From the NCBI GenBank assembly GCA_964459925.1, contig CAYWOQ010000003.1, positions 14,304-78,303 of the forward strand: a DNA stretch of 64,000 bases. The letters run 5' to 3'. This DNA comes from an uncultured Roseivirgaceae bacterium (GTDB taxonomy: Bacteria; Bacteroidota; Bacteroidia; Cytophagales; Cyclobacteriaceae). The notes beneath the pieces were generated by a model. That model ran no database searches. It saw only the letters and a list, made by a program, of their open reading frames with translations, and had not been told where the DNA came from. This document shows, one piece after another, positions 18,333 through 29,687 of this stretch (positions are counted from its first letter, which is position 1; the number at the start of each line of letters is the position of its first letter). A program made the translations under genes and the position numbers.

Positions 18333-19607
18333 TTAAATCTGTCTTTTTAGGTAGAACTTCTTTTTCAGCTTTTCACCATCACGATAGAGCTTGACTTTTA
18401 TTTTTCTGCCGTTTTTAGAGCGAAGTAAGCGATATATATCCGAAAGCTTGATGGTTCTTAAACTCTTTCCGTTGATTGATTGAATTATGTCTCCTCTTCT
18501 TATGTCAGCCTTAGCAGCAGGACTGTTAGCTTCAACCGCTACGACTTGAATACTGTCCAAATTAAATCCAACAGCATTTACAGTCATTCCACTCATGTCA
18601 TGCTCAAAGCGGTCTTTGTATTCATTTCCTTTCTTTAAATAAACTTTTTTGTTTCTATAATCAAGAGTTACCTTAAAGCGTGTGAGCAAATCCCCTCCAA
18701 AAGTTCCGACTCTCGTACCCCTTTTGATGACTTTATTATAGGCACCCTCAAACGGAGCAGAGACCAGCATCTCATTGAAACTGAAACAATCAATTTTTAC
18801 AGAATCCATTCTTCCTACATATCCAGGTATTTCGCCGGCTATTCCCCGACCAAGCCGGGTGATAATTCGTTCTTCTGGCAGACTTATTCCCTCGACATTT
18901 TGGTAATCAAGAAGTGCTGCATGACTTGCCCCGGTATCTATCATAAGATCAAGGTTGGCTTTCTTGTCTTCTTGTTTAATCGTAGCGGTGATAAATGGCT
19001 TACCTTTTTCTATAGAAATTGGAACCGCAACATCTTTTTTAAATTTTTTAAATTTTTTAGGATCATGTAATGTGAGCAAATTGTTGTCGTAATCAATCTC
19101 TACAACGAATCGACTAAAAATATCATAGCCGATAATACCATGTACATCCTCCCCAATATTCTCTGAAAGCTTCAGGTAATCTTCTTTTAAGACCAGCATA
19201 TTCATGTTGTAGCCCACTATTCCTCCTGGAAGTGTAAAAGTTGCCCGATTAGCTACAAAGGCTTGTACTGAATCAATAATCCCAGGCCCGGCAATGGTAA
19301 TCTCTCTCAAGTAATTGATATCCAATACATCTGCATACATCTTTTCTGTGAGAATAGCTGTTTCTACACCGGTATCAAGAATAAATTTCAATGTCAAAAA
19401 TCTATTGATCGTGATAGGTATTACAATCAGGTTGTTGTGTTGTTCAAATGGGATATCAATGCGCTTTCGGCCGTCAGGCATTCTAAAACCAAATTCTCTC
19501 TGACCATTTGCTGTAGAGCAAAGGCACGTATTGATCATGAGTATAAATAGTATCAGGCTTACGACCGGATTTCTCATAAATGATTTGAAGGAATTGGTTG
19601 TACCCAT
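18333..19607 (-). CDS. Double retropepsin-like aspartyl protease with C-terminal PDZ domain
   Basis: Two catalytic motifs FILDTG and LMIDTG, GIIGYD flap motif, PDZ (VEANSPAAKADIRRGDII); probable start ATG near 19577 followed by a signal peptide. Confidence 0.88.
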   Translation of the reverse strand: MGTTNSFKSFMRNPVVSLILFILMINTCLCSTANGQREFGFRMPDGRKRIDIPFEQHNNLIVIPITINRFLTLKFILDTGVETAILTEKMYADVLDINYLREITIAGPGIIDSVQAFVANRATFTLPGGIVGYNMNMLVLKEDYLKLSENIGEDVHGIIGYDIFSRFVVEIDYDNNLLTLHDPKKFKKFKKDVAVPISIEKGKPFITATIKQEDKKANLDLMIDTGASHAALLDYQNVEGISLPEERIITRLGRGIAGEIPGYVGRMDSVKIDCFSFNEMLVSAPFEGAYNKVIKRGTRVGTFGGDLLTRFKVTLDYRNKKVYLKKGNEYKDRFEHDMSGMTVNAVGFNLDSIQVVAVEANSPAAKADIRRGDIIQSINGKSLRTIKLSDIYRLLRSKNGRKIKVKLYRDGEKLKKKFYLKRQI

Positions 19608-19652
19608 TTTAACAACAAGAATAAAATCCTACCCTTACTAAAGGAATAAATT

Positions 19653-22568
19653 TTAATCAAATAGCTCTTGTATATCGTTCGTAGAAAGTCCTTTTACAAA
19701 ACTTTCTTCTACAGTGATAAGATCAGATGCAAGTTTTTGTTTGTGTTCTTGGAGCTTAATGATTTTTTCTTCGATGGTATCCTTTGTTACAAACTTATAA
19801 GCAAAGACTTTTCTGGTTTGACCAATACGATGAGCTCTGTCAATGGCCTGTGCCTCAACTGCAGGATTCCACCATGGATCTAAAAGGAAGACATAGTCAG
19901 CCTTAGTTAAGTTTAACCCTGTTCCTCCTGCCTTCAGGGAAATCAGAAAAATAGAAACCTTACGATCATTTTGGAATTTCTCTACCTGACCCTGTCGATC
20001 TTTTGTCGTTCCATCCAGATATGAAAACTGCAATTTTTGATCGGTTAGATATTCTGCTACTATTTTAAGATGCTTTACAAACTGACTAAAAATGAGTACC
20101 TTATGTCCTTTTGAAATAGAGTTTTCCATCATATAGATAACTTCTTCTAGTTTCCCAGAGAGTCCAACATAATCCGGATTTACCATTTTTGGATGATTGG
20201 CAATTTGTCGAAGTTGCGTCAAACCTTGTAAAAGGATCATATGTGATTTAGCTACCCCATCCGTTTCTATTACATCCATGATCTTACTTCGGAAGGCATT
20301 TTTCTCATCTTCGTATAGCTTTCTTTGATCATCGCTCATAGTACAATAACGAATATTTACCATCTTTTCAGGAAGGTCCTCCGCTACTTGACCCTTCTCT
20401 CTGCGCAATAGAAATGGTTTAATGATCGCATTCAGCTTATTGGTTTTAACCTCGTCTCTCTTCTTCTCGATCGGAATTAGGTACTCCTTTTTGAAATACG
20501 TTTCATTACCCAAAAGACCGGGATTTAAAAAACTCATTTGAGACCACAGATCAAGCGTGCTATTTTCAATAGGAGTACCCGTAAGTACTAGCTTTCTTCT
20601 CGATTTTAATTGCCGAACCTTTTTAGAAATTAAAGAATCAGGGTTCTTGATGGCTTGCGATTCGTCTAAGATGATATAATTGAAGTAAAAAGCAGAAAGT
20701 ATTTCAGTGTCTACTCTCGTAGTTCCATAGCTTGTCAGAATTAAATCGTACTTCGCAAATAAATTGCTATTCTTATTCCTGGTAATCCCAGTGTAATTAA
20801 GAATCTTCAGTTTAGGAGTGAATTTTTTAGCTTCCATCTCCCAGTTGTAGAGAAGGGAAGTAGGCATGATTAATAAACTGGTTGCGTCTGGACTTTCTAT
20901 TTTTTGATGCTGTAATAGTGCAAGAGCCTGGATTGTTTTTCCAAGACCCATATCATCTGCCAGACAACCACCAAAATTGTATTGATCAAGAAAACGAAGC
21001 CAATTATAACCAGCAAGTTGATAAGGCCTAAGCCTTCCTTTAAACTCTTTAGGGGTGGAGTATTCTTCGATCTTATCAAATGACAAAAGCCTTTCAAGCT
21101 TTCTATCCATTGTTACTTTAGCTAGCTCACCCTCTTTTAGTTCTTGTACTAAGGAAACATGTATTTTATTGAGAAGGATTCCATCATCTGTTTGATTTGA
21201 AAAAGCAAATAAGTCCTTGTATCTAGTGATCCAGGATTCTGGGATTACTCCTATTTCACCATTTGGTAGTGTTATTTCTGTTTTAGCTTTTAAAATACAT
21301 TTTCTTATTTCTGAAAATGGTATTTCAAAACCTCCAAATTTTATTCTTGCTTTTAGGTCAAACCAGTCTACACCTTCAGTAACCTCCAGGTCTATGGTTG
21401 ATTCTCCGAGAAAGAACTTTTTGTCTTTTTGATTTTGATGAATCACAAAACCTTCCAAAAGTTCATGATTTCTTCCAATCCAGTCAAACGCTGTAACCTT
21501 TGGTAAGGTAATCCTAGAATTTCTTAATGGAAGTCCTTTCTCAGAGAGCTTATGAATAATATTTTTTTCTCGCTCATGATCACGTGTGATCCGATGAAAA
21601 ATATATTTGCTGTCATTCTGTTCCAGGGAAACACTTACGCGACTAAGCTTGTCAGCATTAAAATTGTGTTTACCATAATCGAAAGATAGTTCCATTAATA
21701 GCTTTTCACTTTTGACTCCATTGGAATTGTTACCATTTTGGTCAAATAAGGATGCCGATTCCACCGATTGAAGTTCACTTACCGTAATCTTGGGTGTAGG
21801 TTTTGGCTTGTGCGTTACAATATCAAAACCCTTAGCGTATACATCAAACTCTGAGATTAGTGGAGCGACAAACTTGCGATAGTAGGTTTCCTCAATATCT
21901 TTTGGAATCAGTATAAATTTCTTTTTTAAGAAAGGCTTGAGTTTTCCCCCGCTTATTGGCTTCTGAAAAGTAAAAAGCTTATCATCTGATACCATCCATG
22001 CTGGATCTTTGCAAAGAAGGTAACTGTCGTTATTTAAAAAATCGACCTTTTCTCCTCTAAGCTTTATGGTAGGAAAATAATGGGTATTATCCTCATTTTT
22101 TCTGAAATGAAATAATATGGTTGCTTTTTCTTCTACTACCTCTAACTCCTTCCAGGTCGGTTCTCCGTCTTTGCCCATTTCAAATAGACGTTTACCGTGA
22201 ATTAAATCGAGTATCTGAGACCTGCGACGTTCTACGTAACTTATTATTTCTTTTTGAAGTATTTCATCTCCAATCTTCTTATCGAAGGTTTTCAAGTAAA
22301 ATTCCTCAGGTTTCTGCTGTTTTTTCTGAAACTTAATGGTTACCTGATCCTGCTGAATTTCATCCATCAACTTAATTATTCGGTAATCATCTTCATCTAA
22401 ACCAGCAGCAAATTCTTTGGCATTCTTTGATGATATATTTTGATGAGAAAATGTGAGCTTACCTTTCTCGTTAAGTTGCACTACATATGACTCAAAAAGA
22501 TAGCCAAGGTACTCATGTTCATACAATGAATAGATTAATTCAAACGGCTGATCTGGGGCTACTTTCAA
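19653..22568 (-). CDS. SNF2-family (DEAD/DEAH-like) helicase
   Basis: LADDMGLGKT, LDESQAIKN, LTGTPIEN, SLKAGGTGLNLT, QAIDRAHRIGQ motifs; TTG start. Confidence 0.93.
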   Translation of the reverse strand: MKVAPDQPFELIYSLYEHEYLGYLFESYVVQLNEKGKLTFSHQNISSKNAKEFAAGLDEDDYRIIKLMDEIQQDQVTIKFQKKQQKPEEFYLKTFDKKIGDEILQKEIISYVERRRSQILDLIHGKRLFEMGKDGEPTWKELEVVEEKATILFHFRKNEDNTHYFPTIKLRGEKVDFLNNDSYLLCKDPAWMVSDDKLFTFQKPISGGKLKPFLKKKFILIPKDIEETYYRKFVAPLISEFDVYAKGFDIVTHKPKPTPKITVSELQSVESASLFDQNGNNSNGVKSEKLLMELSFDYGKHNFNADKLSRVSVSLEQNDSKYIFHRITRDHEREKNIIHKLSEKGLPLRNSRITLPKVTAFDWIGRNHELLEGFVIHQNQKDKKFFLGESTIDLEVTEGVDWFDLKARIKFGGFEIPFSEIRKCILKAKTEITLPNGEIGVIPESWITRYKDLFAFSNQTDDGILLNKIHVSLVQELKEGELAKVTMDRKLERLLSFDKIEEYSTPKEFKGRLRPYQLAGYNWLRFLDQYNFGGCLADDMGLGKTIQALALLQHQKIESPDATSLLIMPTSLLYNWEMEAKKFTPKLKILNYTGITRNKNSNLFAKYDLILTSYGTTRVDTEILSAFYFNYIILDESQAIKNPDSLISKKVRQLKSRRKLVLTGTPIENSTLDLWSQMSFLNPGLLGNETYFKKEYLIPIEKKRDEVKTNKLNAIIKPFLLRREKGQVAEDLPEKMVNIRYCTMSDDQRKLYEDEKNAFRSKIMDVIETDGVAKSHMILLQGLTQLRQIANHPKMVNPDYVGLSGKLEEVIYMMENSISKGHKVLIFSQFVKHLKIVAEYLTDQKLQFSYLDGTTKDRQGQVEKFQNDRKVSIFLISLKAGGTGLNLTKADYVFLLDPWWNPAVEAQAIDRAHRIGQTRKVFAYKFVTKDTIEEKIIKLQEHKQKLASDLITVEESFVKGLSTNDIQELFD

Positions 22569-22648
22569 AAAAAATCAAATTAGATAAACTTCGAAACTAC
22601 TAAATTTTCGAGGAATCTCAATAAGCTTTCAGTGAAGTAGGTGTTGTT

Positions 22649-23875
22649 TTATTGTAACATTTTCATGGAGAATGATTTACCAGCCTTAATTGCAGGTTGA
22701 ATTGATACAAGTACTGTTATACTAATAATCGCAAGTACTGTAACTACAACATCTTTGAACTCGATTTTAACGGGATAGCTATTGACTACAGCAGACTGCA
22801 TGCCCATACCGATTAAACCAAATTCCTGCTGCAACCAACTAATGCCCAATCCCAAAAGGAGGCCGAGACCAGCTCCGGTAAAAGCAACGATACATCCCTC
22901 ATAGAGAAAGATGGTCCTAATAAGACGCTGCGATGCTCCTTGGGAGATAAGGACTGAAATATCTTTCCTTTTTTCAATAACTAACATTGTAAGTGAGAAG
23001 AAGATGTTGATAGATGCAATCGCAATGATGGAGGTGAGGATTAAAAATATAAACAATTTTTCTATTTGTAAAACCTTAAACAGATCACTATGCAATTCCT
23101 CTCCTGTTTTAACCGAATAAGAGGAGCCTAATGTAGCTGCAAGTACCTCTTTCACTGAGGTAATGTCGGTATCAGGATCGAGGTATAACTCGTATGATGA
23201 TAGTCGGTTTTCATAGCCTAGAAGCTGTCTGGCAAATTCGATGGGAACAAAAACGTAGTTCTCATCATAGTACTTTTCAATGGCAAAGACTCCACCTGGG
23301 ATGATGTTCAGGACATTGTACATCTTATCAGGATTAATCACTGATGGACCAATTTTCCTGGGATAATAAATCTGTAGTGTATAGAAATCATTCTGCAAAT
23401 TGATTGAAAGATCGTATTGAATTCCTCTACCGATCAATGCGTACCCTACACTATCCTTTACCAATGGAAACTCCCCAGCGACAAGTACATTTTTAATCCC
23501 GCTATGATGATCAAAAGATCTACTAACTCCTTTCATTCTCACCACTCTTTGTGACTCTTTGTATCTAAGCAATACATTATCTTCTATGACTTCAGTAATA
23601 GCCATCACTCCAGGCACCTCTTCTATTTTATCAAAAGTTGATTCATCACTTTGAAAAGATTTACCAAGAGATGCGGTCACAACAATGTCAGGATCAAAAT
23701 TTCCATACATTGCTTTTAGTAGACCGCCTAACCCATTAAATACCGAGAGGGCAATTATTAAACAGGCAGTACCTATTGCTACCACAAGCATAGAAATGAT
23801 AGCAATCACATTAATGAAGTTCTTCTTCTTTTTGGAAAGAAAGTATCTTCTAGCTATAAAAAAAGAGAGATTCAT
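22649..23875 (-). CDS. LolC/LolE-like ABC transporter permease (MacB/FtsX family)
   Basis: FIARRYFLSKK start, SVFNG, periplasmic domain, EKRKDISVLISQGA, YPV motif. Confidence 0.88.
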   Translation of the reverse strand: MNLSFFIARRYFLSKKKKNFINVIAIISMLVVAIGTACLIIALSVFNGLGGLLKAMYGNFDPDIVVTASLGKSFQSDESTFDKIEEVPGVMAITEVIEDNVLLRYKESQRVVRMKGVSRSFDHHSGIKNVLVAGEFPLVKDSVGYALIGRGIQYDLSINLQNDFYTLQIYYPRKIGPSVINPDKMYNVLNIIPGGVFAIEKYYDENYVFVPIEFARQLLGYENRLSSYELYLDPDTDITSVKEVLAATLGSSYSVKTGEELHSDLFKVLQIEKLFIFLILTSIIAIASINIFFSLTMLVIEKRKDISVLISQGASQRLIRTIFLYEGCIVAFTGAGLGLLLGLGISWLQQEFGLIGMGMQSAVVNSYPVKIEFKDVVVTVLAIISITVLVSIQPAIKAGKSFSMKMLQ

Positions 23876-24237
23876 TCTTCTTCAGACGGGGGAATTTCTA
23901 AGTTGTCAATCAACTTATCAAGATGCTGAGCTTTTTCTTCTGTGTCATCATGAAAAAAGGCTAATTCGGGAACAATTCTGACACTGTTCTTAATTTTCTT
24001 TCCCAAAGAATATCTAATCTCACTTTTGATTTCATCCAAATGATCAAATATATCTCTGGCCATTCGAATGGGAAAAACACTAATATAAACTCTAACTAAC
24101 CCTAAATCAGGAGAAACATTTACATGAACAATCGTTCCTAAGGCAGATTTAAAATAGTAATTGGGATCTTTTTGAAAGATTTCAGCTAAGTCTTTCTTTA
24201 TCTGTTTTGCGAATTTTATTTGTCTTTGACTTTCCAT
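23872..24237 (-). CDS. rbfA: Ribosome-binding factor A
   Basis: MESQRQIKFAKQIKKDLAEIF, VSPDLGLVRVY, RIVPELAFFHD. Confidence 0.9.
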   Translation of the reverse strand: MESQRQIKFAKQIKKDLAEIFQKDPNYYFKSALGTIVHVNVSPDLGLVRVYISVFPIRMARDIFDHLDEIKSEIRYSLGKKIKNSVRIVPELAFFHDDTEEKAQHLDKLIDNLEIPPSEEE

Positions 24238-24326
24238 AAAAGCTACAAATATCTGTATAATATGACGAAGTGGTTTGTGGTATTATCTAATTTCGAATAA
24301 TCAAAAAGGCATAACTACATAACTCA

Positions 24327-25700
24327 TTGCTTCGATTTTTTAGAATTAACGACCCCTACAGGCTTATTTTTATTTTTCTTGTCCTGGTGATTGTAAGATT
24401 AGCACAGGGTTATATTATTACCGGCACTTCCTACTACGAACTTAAATGGTTATTGCTCGGGGAGTGGCTTGGTAAGGGTCATTTGATGTATTCAGAAACT
24501 TTTGATTACACAGGACCAATTGCAGCAGCTATTTATAAATACTTCAATTTAGCTTTTGGTAGGGATAGACTATCATTAGTTGTTTTCAGCACGCTTCTTG
24601 TTATTCTACAGGCAAGCATATTAAATGCCTTATTATTGAAAAATAAGGTTTACAATGAGAATAGCTACCTCCCAGCTTTTTTATATGTGATAATAGTTGT
24701 GAGCATTCCAGATTTCATGACGTTATCTCCTCAGCTCATGAGTCTTACTTTTATTCTTCTTACCCTAAGGAATGTTTTAAGGAGGATTGATAATCAGGTA
24801 ACCGATGAGCTTTTTTTAAGTAGTGGAATATTCATTGGGATTGCAACAATGATTTATTTGCCTGCAGTTGTTTTCTTCCTGATTTTTCTATTCTCGCTGA
24901 TACTATTTTCAACGGCGATCATAAGGAGATTAGCACTTTATTTCTTTGGATTTATCTTGATCTTCTCATCTTGTTGGGTTTATTTCTACCTAAATAACTC
25001 TGCTCTTCTTTTTATCGAACGATTCTTCGTTGATGGTTTATTTACCAGCATCAAAAAGTCAGCTTCTATGGTTGACCTAATGATAATCTCTGCGCCATTA
25101 GCATTTGTTTTTTTGGTAACAGTTTATAAAACACTGAGTGCGGCCAGACTCACTAACTTTCAACAAAAGGTTCAGCAGGTATTCTGGTTGCTACTTGTAG
25201 GTGGGGGAACTACCTTTCTTCTATCAAAAGAACAAGCGGGATTTGAGCTTCTATTTCTGGCTCCTGTGATCGCATATTTTTCGACTCACTATTTTATACT
25301 CATCAAAAAGAAACTGATAGTAGCGGTTATGCCAGGTCTGCTCATCATTGGTCTTTTGGTCTATTCGGGATATGCTTATCTGTACCGGGTAAGTCCGCTT
25401 ACAGTAGACGATACAGACATGTCCAAAGAAAAGACTTTTGTGCTTGGAGAAAAGCTGGAATTGTACAACAGGGCAGAAATGATCACTCCATGTTTTAATG
25501 AATATATTTCAGAAAGAGCCCTTGCTCGCATTAATTACTACACTGATGCTTCCATCATCTATGACATTTTAGTCGAATCAGATCCACAGATTATCATAGA
25601 CGAGATTGAAGCAATGCCTGAACTTATGTTCAGGTTTCCATATTTGGAGGAAAACTATTTGCAAGTTAATTCCGAACGCTACACAAAAATCAGCAATTAA
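24327..25700 (+). CDS. Polytopic membrane protein, DUF6427-like (GT-C-like topology possible)
   Basis: About 10 hydrophobic segments; NxYLPAFLY motif; soluble C-terminal domain. Confidence 0.55.
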   Translation: MLRFFRINDPYRLIFIFLVLVIVRLAQGYIITGTSYYELKWLLLGEWLGKGHLMYSETFDYTGPIAAAIYKYFNLAFGRDRLSLVVFSTLLVILQASILNALLLKNKVYNENSYLPAFLYVIIVVSIPDFMTLSPQLMSLTFILLTLRNVLRRIDNQVTDELFLSSGIFIGIATMIYLPAVVFFLIFLFSLILFSTAIIRRLALYFFGFILIFSSCWVYFYLNNSALLFIERFFVDGLFTSIKKSASMVDLMIISAPLAFVFLVTVYKTLSAARLTNFQQKVQQVFWLLLVGGGTTFLLSKEQAGFELLFLAPVIAYFSTHYFILIKKKLIVAVMPGLLIIGLLVYSGYAYLYRVSPLTVDDTDMSKEKTFVLGEKLELYNRAEMITPCFNEYISERALARINYYTDASIIYDILVESDPQIIIDEIEAMPELMFRFPYLEENYLQVNSERYTKISN

Positions 25701-26118
25701 TTTTATCTACCCTTCTACCGTGCCTCCCTCCCTCAAAATCAGTATCTAAAAAGGTCTTAACAAGCATTTCTGCATATTCATAAGCGATGAATCTTGCCGG
25801 GATACATATGATATTTGCGTTATTATGTTTTCTTGCAAGTGACGCAATCTCATCAACCCAACACAAAGCAGCACGCACATTTTCATGCTTATTAGCTGTT
25901 ATGGCAACCCCATTTCCACTTCCGCAAATTAAAATACCGAAATCATTATCCTCAGAAGCGATTGAGGAAGCAAGTGGGTGCACATGATCAGGATAATCTA
26001 CAGAGGCATCGGATCCTGGTCCAAAATCTTCCACACTGTATCCTATTCCCTCAAGGAAAGAAATAAGTCTTTTTTTATAGTGAAATCCAGCGTGATCGCC
26101 ACCAATTGCTATTCTCAT
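25690..26118 (-). CDS. rpiB: Ribose-5-phosphate isomerase B
   Basis: IGGDHAG, DYPD, CGSGNG, ARKHNNAN, FEGGRHGRRV. Confidence 0.95.
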   Translation of the reverse strand: MRIAIGGDHAGFHYKKRLISFLEGIGYSVEDFGPGSDASVDYPDHVHPLASSIASEDNDFGILICGSGNGVAITANKHENVRAALCWVDEIASLARKHNNANIICIPARFIAYEYAEMLVKTFLDTDFEGGRHGRRVDKINC

Positions 26119-26948
26119 TTTGTAAGTGCTTTCTCAGGTTTTAATTCTTTTTTTTCTATTCTTCTAGCGATGAAGATACTTAATTGATATAACGTCATCA
26201 AGGGCAATGCAATCAAGACCTGACTGAACGGGTCTGGGGGTGTGATCATTGCTCCTAAAACTAAAATTACAATAATCGCATGCTTACGATATTTTCTCAT
26301 CAGACTGGAACTAACTAAACCAGCCTTGGTAAGAAAAAATACTACCACTGGAAGTTGAAAAAGAAGGCCACTCCCCAAGACTATCATTGTAACCGTTGTA
26401 ATGTAAGAGGAAAGATCAAATAGGTTTTCGAGCGATTCTGAGATTTGATAAGTAGCAAAAAAGCGAACCGAAATAGGTGAAATGATAAAATATCCAAAAA
26501 GAACACCTATAAGAAACAAAAGACTTACAGAAAAGGTGGCTCCTCTTGATGCTCTTCTTTCCTGAGGATGTAAACCTGGCTTTATAAACCTCCAGATTTC
26601 CCAGAAAAGATAGGGAAAGCCAATAATCAACCCAACCACAAAAGAAACGGTAATATGAGTCATGAATTGACTACTTAATTTTCTACTTACCAGTTCAAAA
26701 TCAAGCTTATCAATACAAAGAGCTGGTGTATTTATTATTTCTGCTAGTTCACATAGTTTCTCATACGTCCAAAAATCCGTTCTGGATGGACCTAAAATAA
26801 CCGTATCAATTACGATGCTTTTTGCTACAAATGCTGCAATCGTAAAAACGACAATAGCAATCAAGGAGCGGATGATATGCCATCTAAGTTCTTCAAGATG
26901 ATCCAGAAATGACATTTCCCTTTCCTCAGGTATCTGATCTAGTGGCAT
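26115..26948 (-). CDS. tatC: Twin-arginine translocase subunit TatC
   Basis: EMSFLDHLEELR, EIWRFIKPGL, YRKHAII, ITPPDPFSQ. Confidence 0.95.
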   Translation of the reverse strand: MPLDQIPEEREMSFLDHLEELRWHIIRSLIAIVVFTIAAFVAKSIVIDTVILGPSRTDFWTYEKLCELAEIINTPALCIDKLDFELVSRKLSSQFMTHITVSFVVGLIIGFPYLFWEIWRFIKPGLHPQERRASRGATFSVSLLFLIGVLFGYFIISPISVRFFATYQISESLENLFDLSSYITTVTMIVLGSGLLFQLPVVVFFLTKAGLVSSSLMRKYRKHAIIVILVLGAMITPPDPFSQVLIALPLMTLYQLSIFIARRIEKKELKPEKALTK

Positions 26949-26950
26949 TA

Positions 26951-28225
26951 TTAACCTTTAAACAATGGAAATCCTGACATCCATTGATTCACTTCCGACT
27001 TGATCTCTGCTATTTTCTCTTCACTCTCATGGTTGGTAATAACCTGATCGATAAGCTCAACAATTTTCAACATATCAGATTCAACCAAGCCCCTTGTGGT
27101 AATTGCAGGAGTCCCTATTCGCATTCCTGAAGTAACAAATGGACTTTTATCATCAAATGGAACCATATTTTTATTCACGGTTATGTCAGCATTAATCAAA
27201 GCATTTTCCGCATCCTTTCCAGAAATCTCTTTGCTTCTCAGGTCAATAAGCATCAGGTGATTATCTGTTCCTTTAGAAATTACATCATAGCCTTTGGCGA
27301 CAAACTCCTGTGCCATTACTTCTGCATTCTTCTTTACCTGAAGAATATATGTCATGTAATCATCGGATAGCGCTTCACCAAAAGCAATGGCTTTAGCAGC
27401 AATAATGTGTTCCAATGGCCCTCCTTGAGTTCCAGGAAAAACGCCGGAATCTAACAAAGAACTAAGTTTTCTGACCACTCCCTTGGGTGTTGTAACTCCC
27501 CAAGGATTCTCAATATCATTTCTTACAAGAATTAACCCTCCTCTCGGTCCACGAAGTGTCTTATGTGTAGTGGTAGTTACAATATGGCAATACTCTAACG
27601 GATCATTTAATAGTCCTCTGGCGATTAAACCAGAAGGATGTGATATGTCTGCCAGAAGAATGGCTCCAACTTCATCCGCAATTATTCTGAACCTTTCATA
27701 ATCCCAATCCCTACTGTACGCTGAAGCCCCACATATAATCAGTTTGGGCTTTTTCTCCTTTGCTGTTTTCTCTAATTGATCATAATCAATCAAACCTGTT
27801 TCCTTATCTACACCATAAAAATTCGGTCGATATAATTTTCCAGAAAGATTGACTTTTGCCCCATGTGATAGGTGGCCCCCATGAGACAGGTCAAAACCAA
27901 GTATTTCGTCTCCGGCATTTAGACAAGCTAACATCACAGCAGCATTTGCCTGAGCACCAGAATGGGGCTGCACATTGGCCCAACTTGCCCCAAACAACTC
28001 CTTTACTCTTTCTCTTGCTAGATCCTCAATCTGATCTACAACTTCACACCCTCCATAATACCTTTTTCCAGGTAATCCTTCCGCGTATTTATTTGTAAGA
28101 ACACTTCCTGCCGCTTCCTGCACTTGAGGTGAGACGATATTTTCTGAAGCTATCAACTCAATTCCCTCAACTTGTCGCTTTCTTTCAGCTTCAATTAACT
28201 CGAATACTTTTTGATCTCTGTTCAT
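26951..28225 (-). CDS. glyA: Serine hydroxymethyltransferase
   Basis: [45 protein letters not shown]. Confidence 0.97.
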   Translation of the reverse strand: MNRDQKVFELIEAERKRQVEGIELIASENIVSPQVQEAAGSVLTNKYAEGLPGKRYYGGCEVVDQIEDLARERVKELFGASWANVQPHSGAQANAAVMLACLNAGDEILGFDLSHGGHLSHGAKVNLSGKLYRPNFYGVDKETGLIDYDQLEKTAKEKKPKLIICGASAYSRDWDYERFRIIADEVGAILLADISHPSGLIARGLLNDPLEYCHIVTTTTHKTLRGPRGGLILVRNDIENPWGVTTPKGVVRKLSSLLDSGVFPGTQGGPLEHIIAAKAIAFGEALSDDYMTYILQVKKNAEVMAQEFVAKGYDVISKGTDNHLMLIDLRSKEISGKDAENALINADITVNKNMVPFDDKSPFVTSGMRIGTPAITTRGLVESDMLKIVELIDQVITNHESEEKIAEIKSEVNQWMSGFPLFKG

Positions 28226-28230
28226 GATCG

Positions 28231-28238
28231 CAAAAATA
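28231..28238 (-). promoter_or_regulatory. Bacteroidota -7 element (TATTTTTG) 5 nt upstream of the glyA ATG; leaderless or very short leader
   Basis: Exact match to TAnnTTTG on the minus strand. Confidence 0.6.
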
Positions 28239-28326
28239 AACGGAATAATCCATGTGATGGAAGAATTTATATTCGATTCAGTAAGAGAGAAATAGAGTGA
28301 ATAATTTCGCTAAATTTCCGTGATTC

Positions 28327-29685
28327 ATGGCGAAAACCAAGACCGTTTTCTTTTGTCAAAACTGCGGAGCAGAATCCGCAAAATGGGTTGGAAAATGCCC
28401 ATCATGCAACGAATGGAACACCTATGTAGAAGAGGTTGTAACTAAGTCCACAATCAATTCCACTAGTGACTTCACCGCCATAAAAAGTGAGCCTGTAAAT
28501 CTTAACAAAGCAAGTAATACCAGTGCCACAGAACGAATTTCGACTCAAATTCAAGAATTAGATAGGGTTCTTGGTGGGGGCATTGTGATGGGTTCTCTTG
28601 TATTAGTTGGCGGCGAACCCGGAATTGGCAAATCCACCATTATGCTACAGACTGCCATTCAACTTGACAGAAAGACACTATATGTGTCCGGCGAGGAAAG
28701 TACAGAGCAGATCAAAATGAGAGCAGAAAGGATTGGTTCCAAGTCAGAGCATTGCTATCTATATGCAGAAACTAATTTGTCAGAAGTTATTAGGCAGGCT
28801 GAGAAGCTACAACCTGAGATCTTAATTATTGATTCCATCCAAACATTACATTCAGATAGGGTAGAGTCTGCCGTTGGATCTATTTCTCAGGTAAAAGAGT
28901 GTACGGGTCAATTGATGAAGTTTGCCAAACAAAAGAATATTCCTGTTTTTCTTATAGGCCATGTGAATAAAGATGGGGCAATTGCCGGACCCAAAGTACT
29001 TGAACATATGGTTGATACTGTGCTACAGTTTGAAGGTGATCGTCACTTGTCCTACCGGATTTTGAGGACTATCAAAAATCGGTTTGGATCTACTTCAGAA
29101 TTAGGGATGTTTGAGATGAACGCTAATGGTTTAAGGGAAGTTACCAACCCTTCTGAAGTTTTAATTTCTCCGAGAGAGCCTGGTCTGAGTGGCATCGCTC
29201 TAGGGGCTACATTAGAAGGTAATAGACCTTTAATCCTGGAAGCACAAGCTTTAGTGAGTCCAACCAGTTATGGCAATCCTCAAAGAAGTACCACAGGCTA
29301 TGATTACAAAAGATTAAACATGCTTTTAGCAGTTGTTGAAAAACGATTGGGTGTGCGCTTGAGTAGTCAAGATGTATTTCTCAATATTGCAGGTGGTCTG
29401 AAAGTTCAAGATACCGCATTAGATTTAGCCATTTGCACGGCTATTTTTTCCTCTTTTGAGGATATCCCAATAGGGGATAATATCTGCTTTTCTGCGGAAG
29501 TGGGTTTGGGAGGTGAAATTCGTCCCATTAATCGGATTGAAAACAGAATCAATGAAGCGGAAAAGTTGGGGTTTAAAGAAATGTATATTTCAAAACATAA
29601 TTTGAAGTCTCAGGATGCAAAAAGCTTTGAAATTGAAGTAAGATCGTTTGCTAAGCTAAGCGATGTGTTTTCACATCTGTTCTAG
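28327..29685 (+). CDS. radA: DNA repair protein RadA/Sms
   Basis: CxxC..CxxC zinc finger, GEPGIGKS Walker A, KNRFG motif, Lon-like C-terminus. Confidence 0.97.
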   Translation: MAKTKTVFFCQNCGAESAKWVGKCPSCNEWNTYVEEVVTKSTINSTSDFTAIKSEPVNLNKASNTSATERISTQIQELDRVLGGGIVMGSLVLVGGEPGIGKSTIMLQTAIQLDRKTLYVSGEESTEQIKMRAERIGSKSEHCYLYAETNLSEVIRQAEKLQPEILIIDSIQTLHSDRVESAVGSISQVKECTGQLMKFAKQKNIPVFLIGHVNKDGAIAGPKVLEHMVDTVLQFEGDRHLSYRILRTIKNRFGSTSELGMFEMNANGLREVTNPSEVLISPREPGLSGIALGATLEGNRPLILEAQALVSPTSYGNPQRSTTGYDYKRLNMLLAVVEKRLGVRLSSQDVFLNIAGGLKVQDTALDLAICTAIFSSFEDIPIGDNICFSAEVGLGGEIRPINRIENRINEAEKLGFKEMYISKHNLKSQDAKSFEIEVRSFAKLSDVFSHLF

Positions 29686-29687
29686 CA

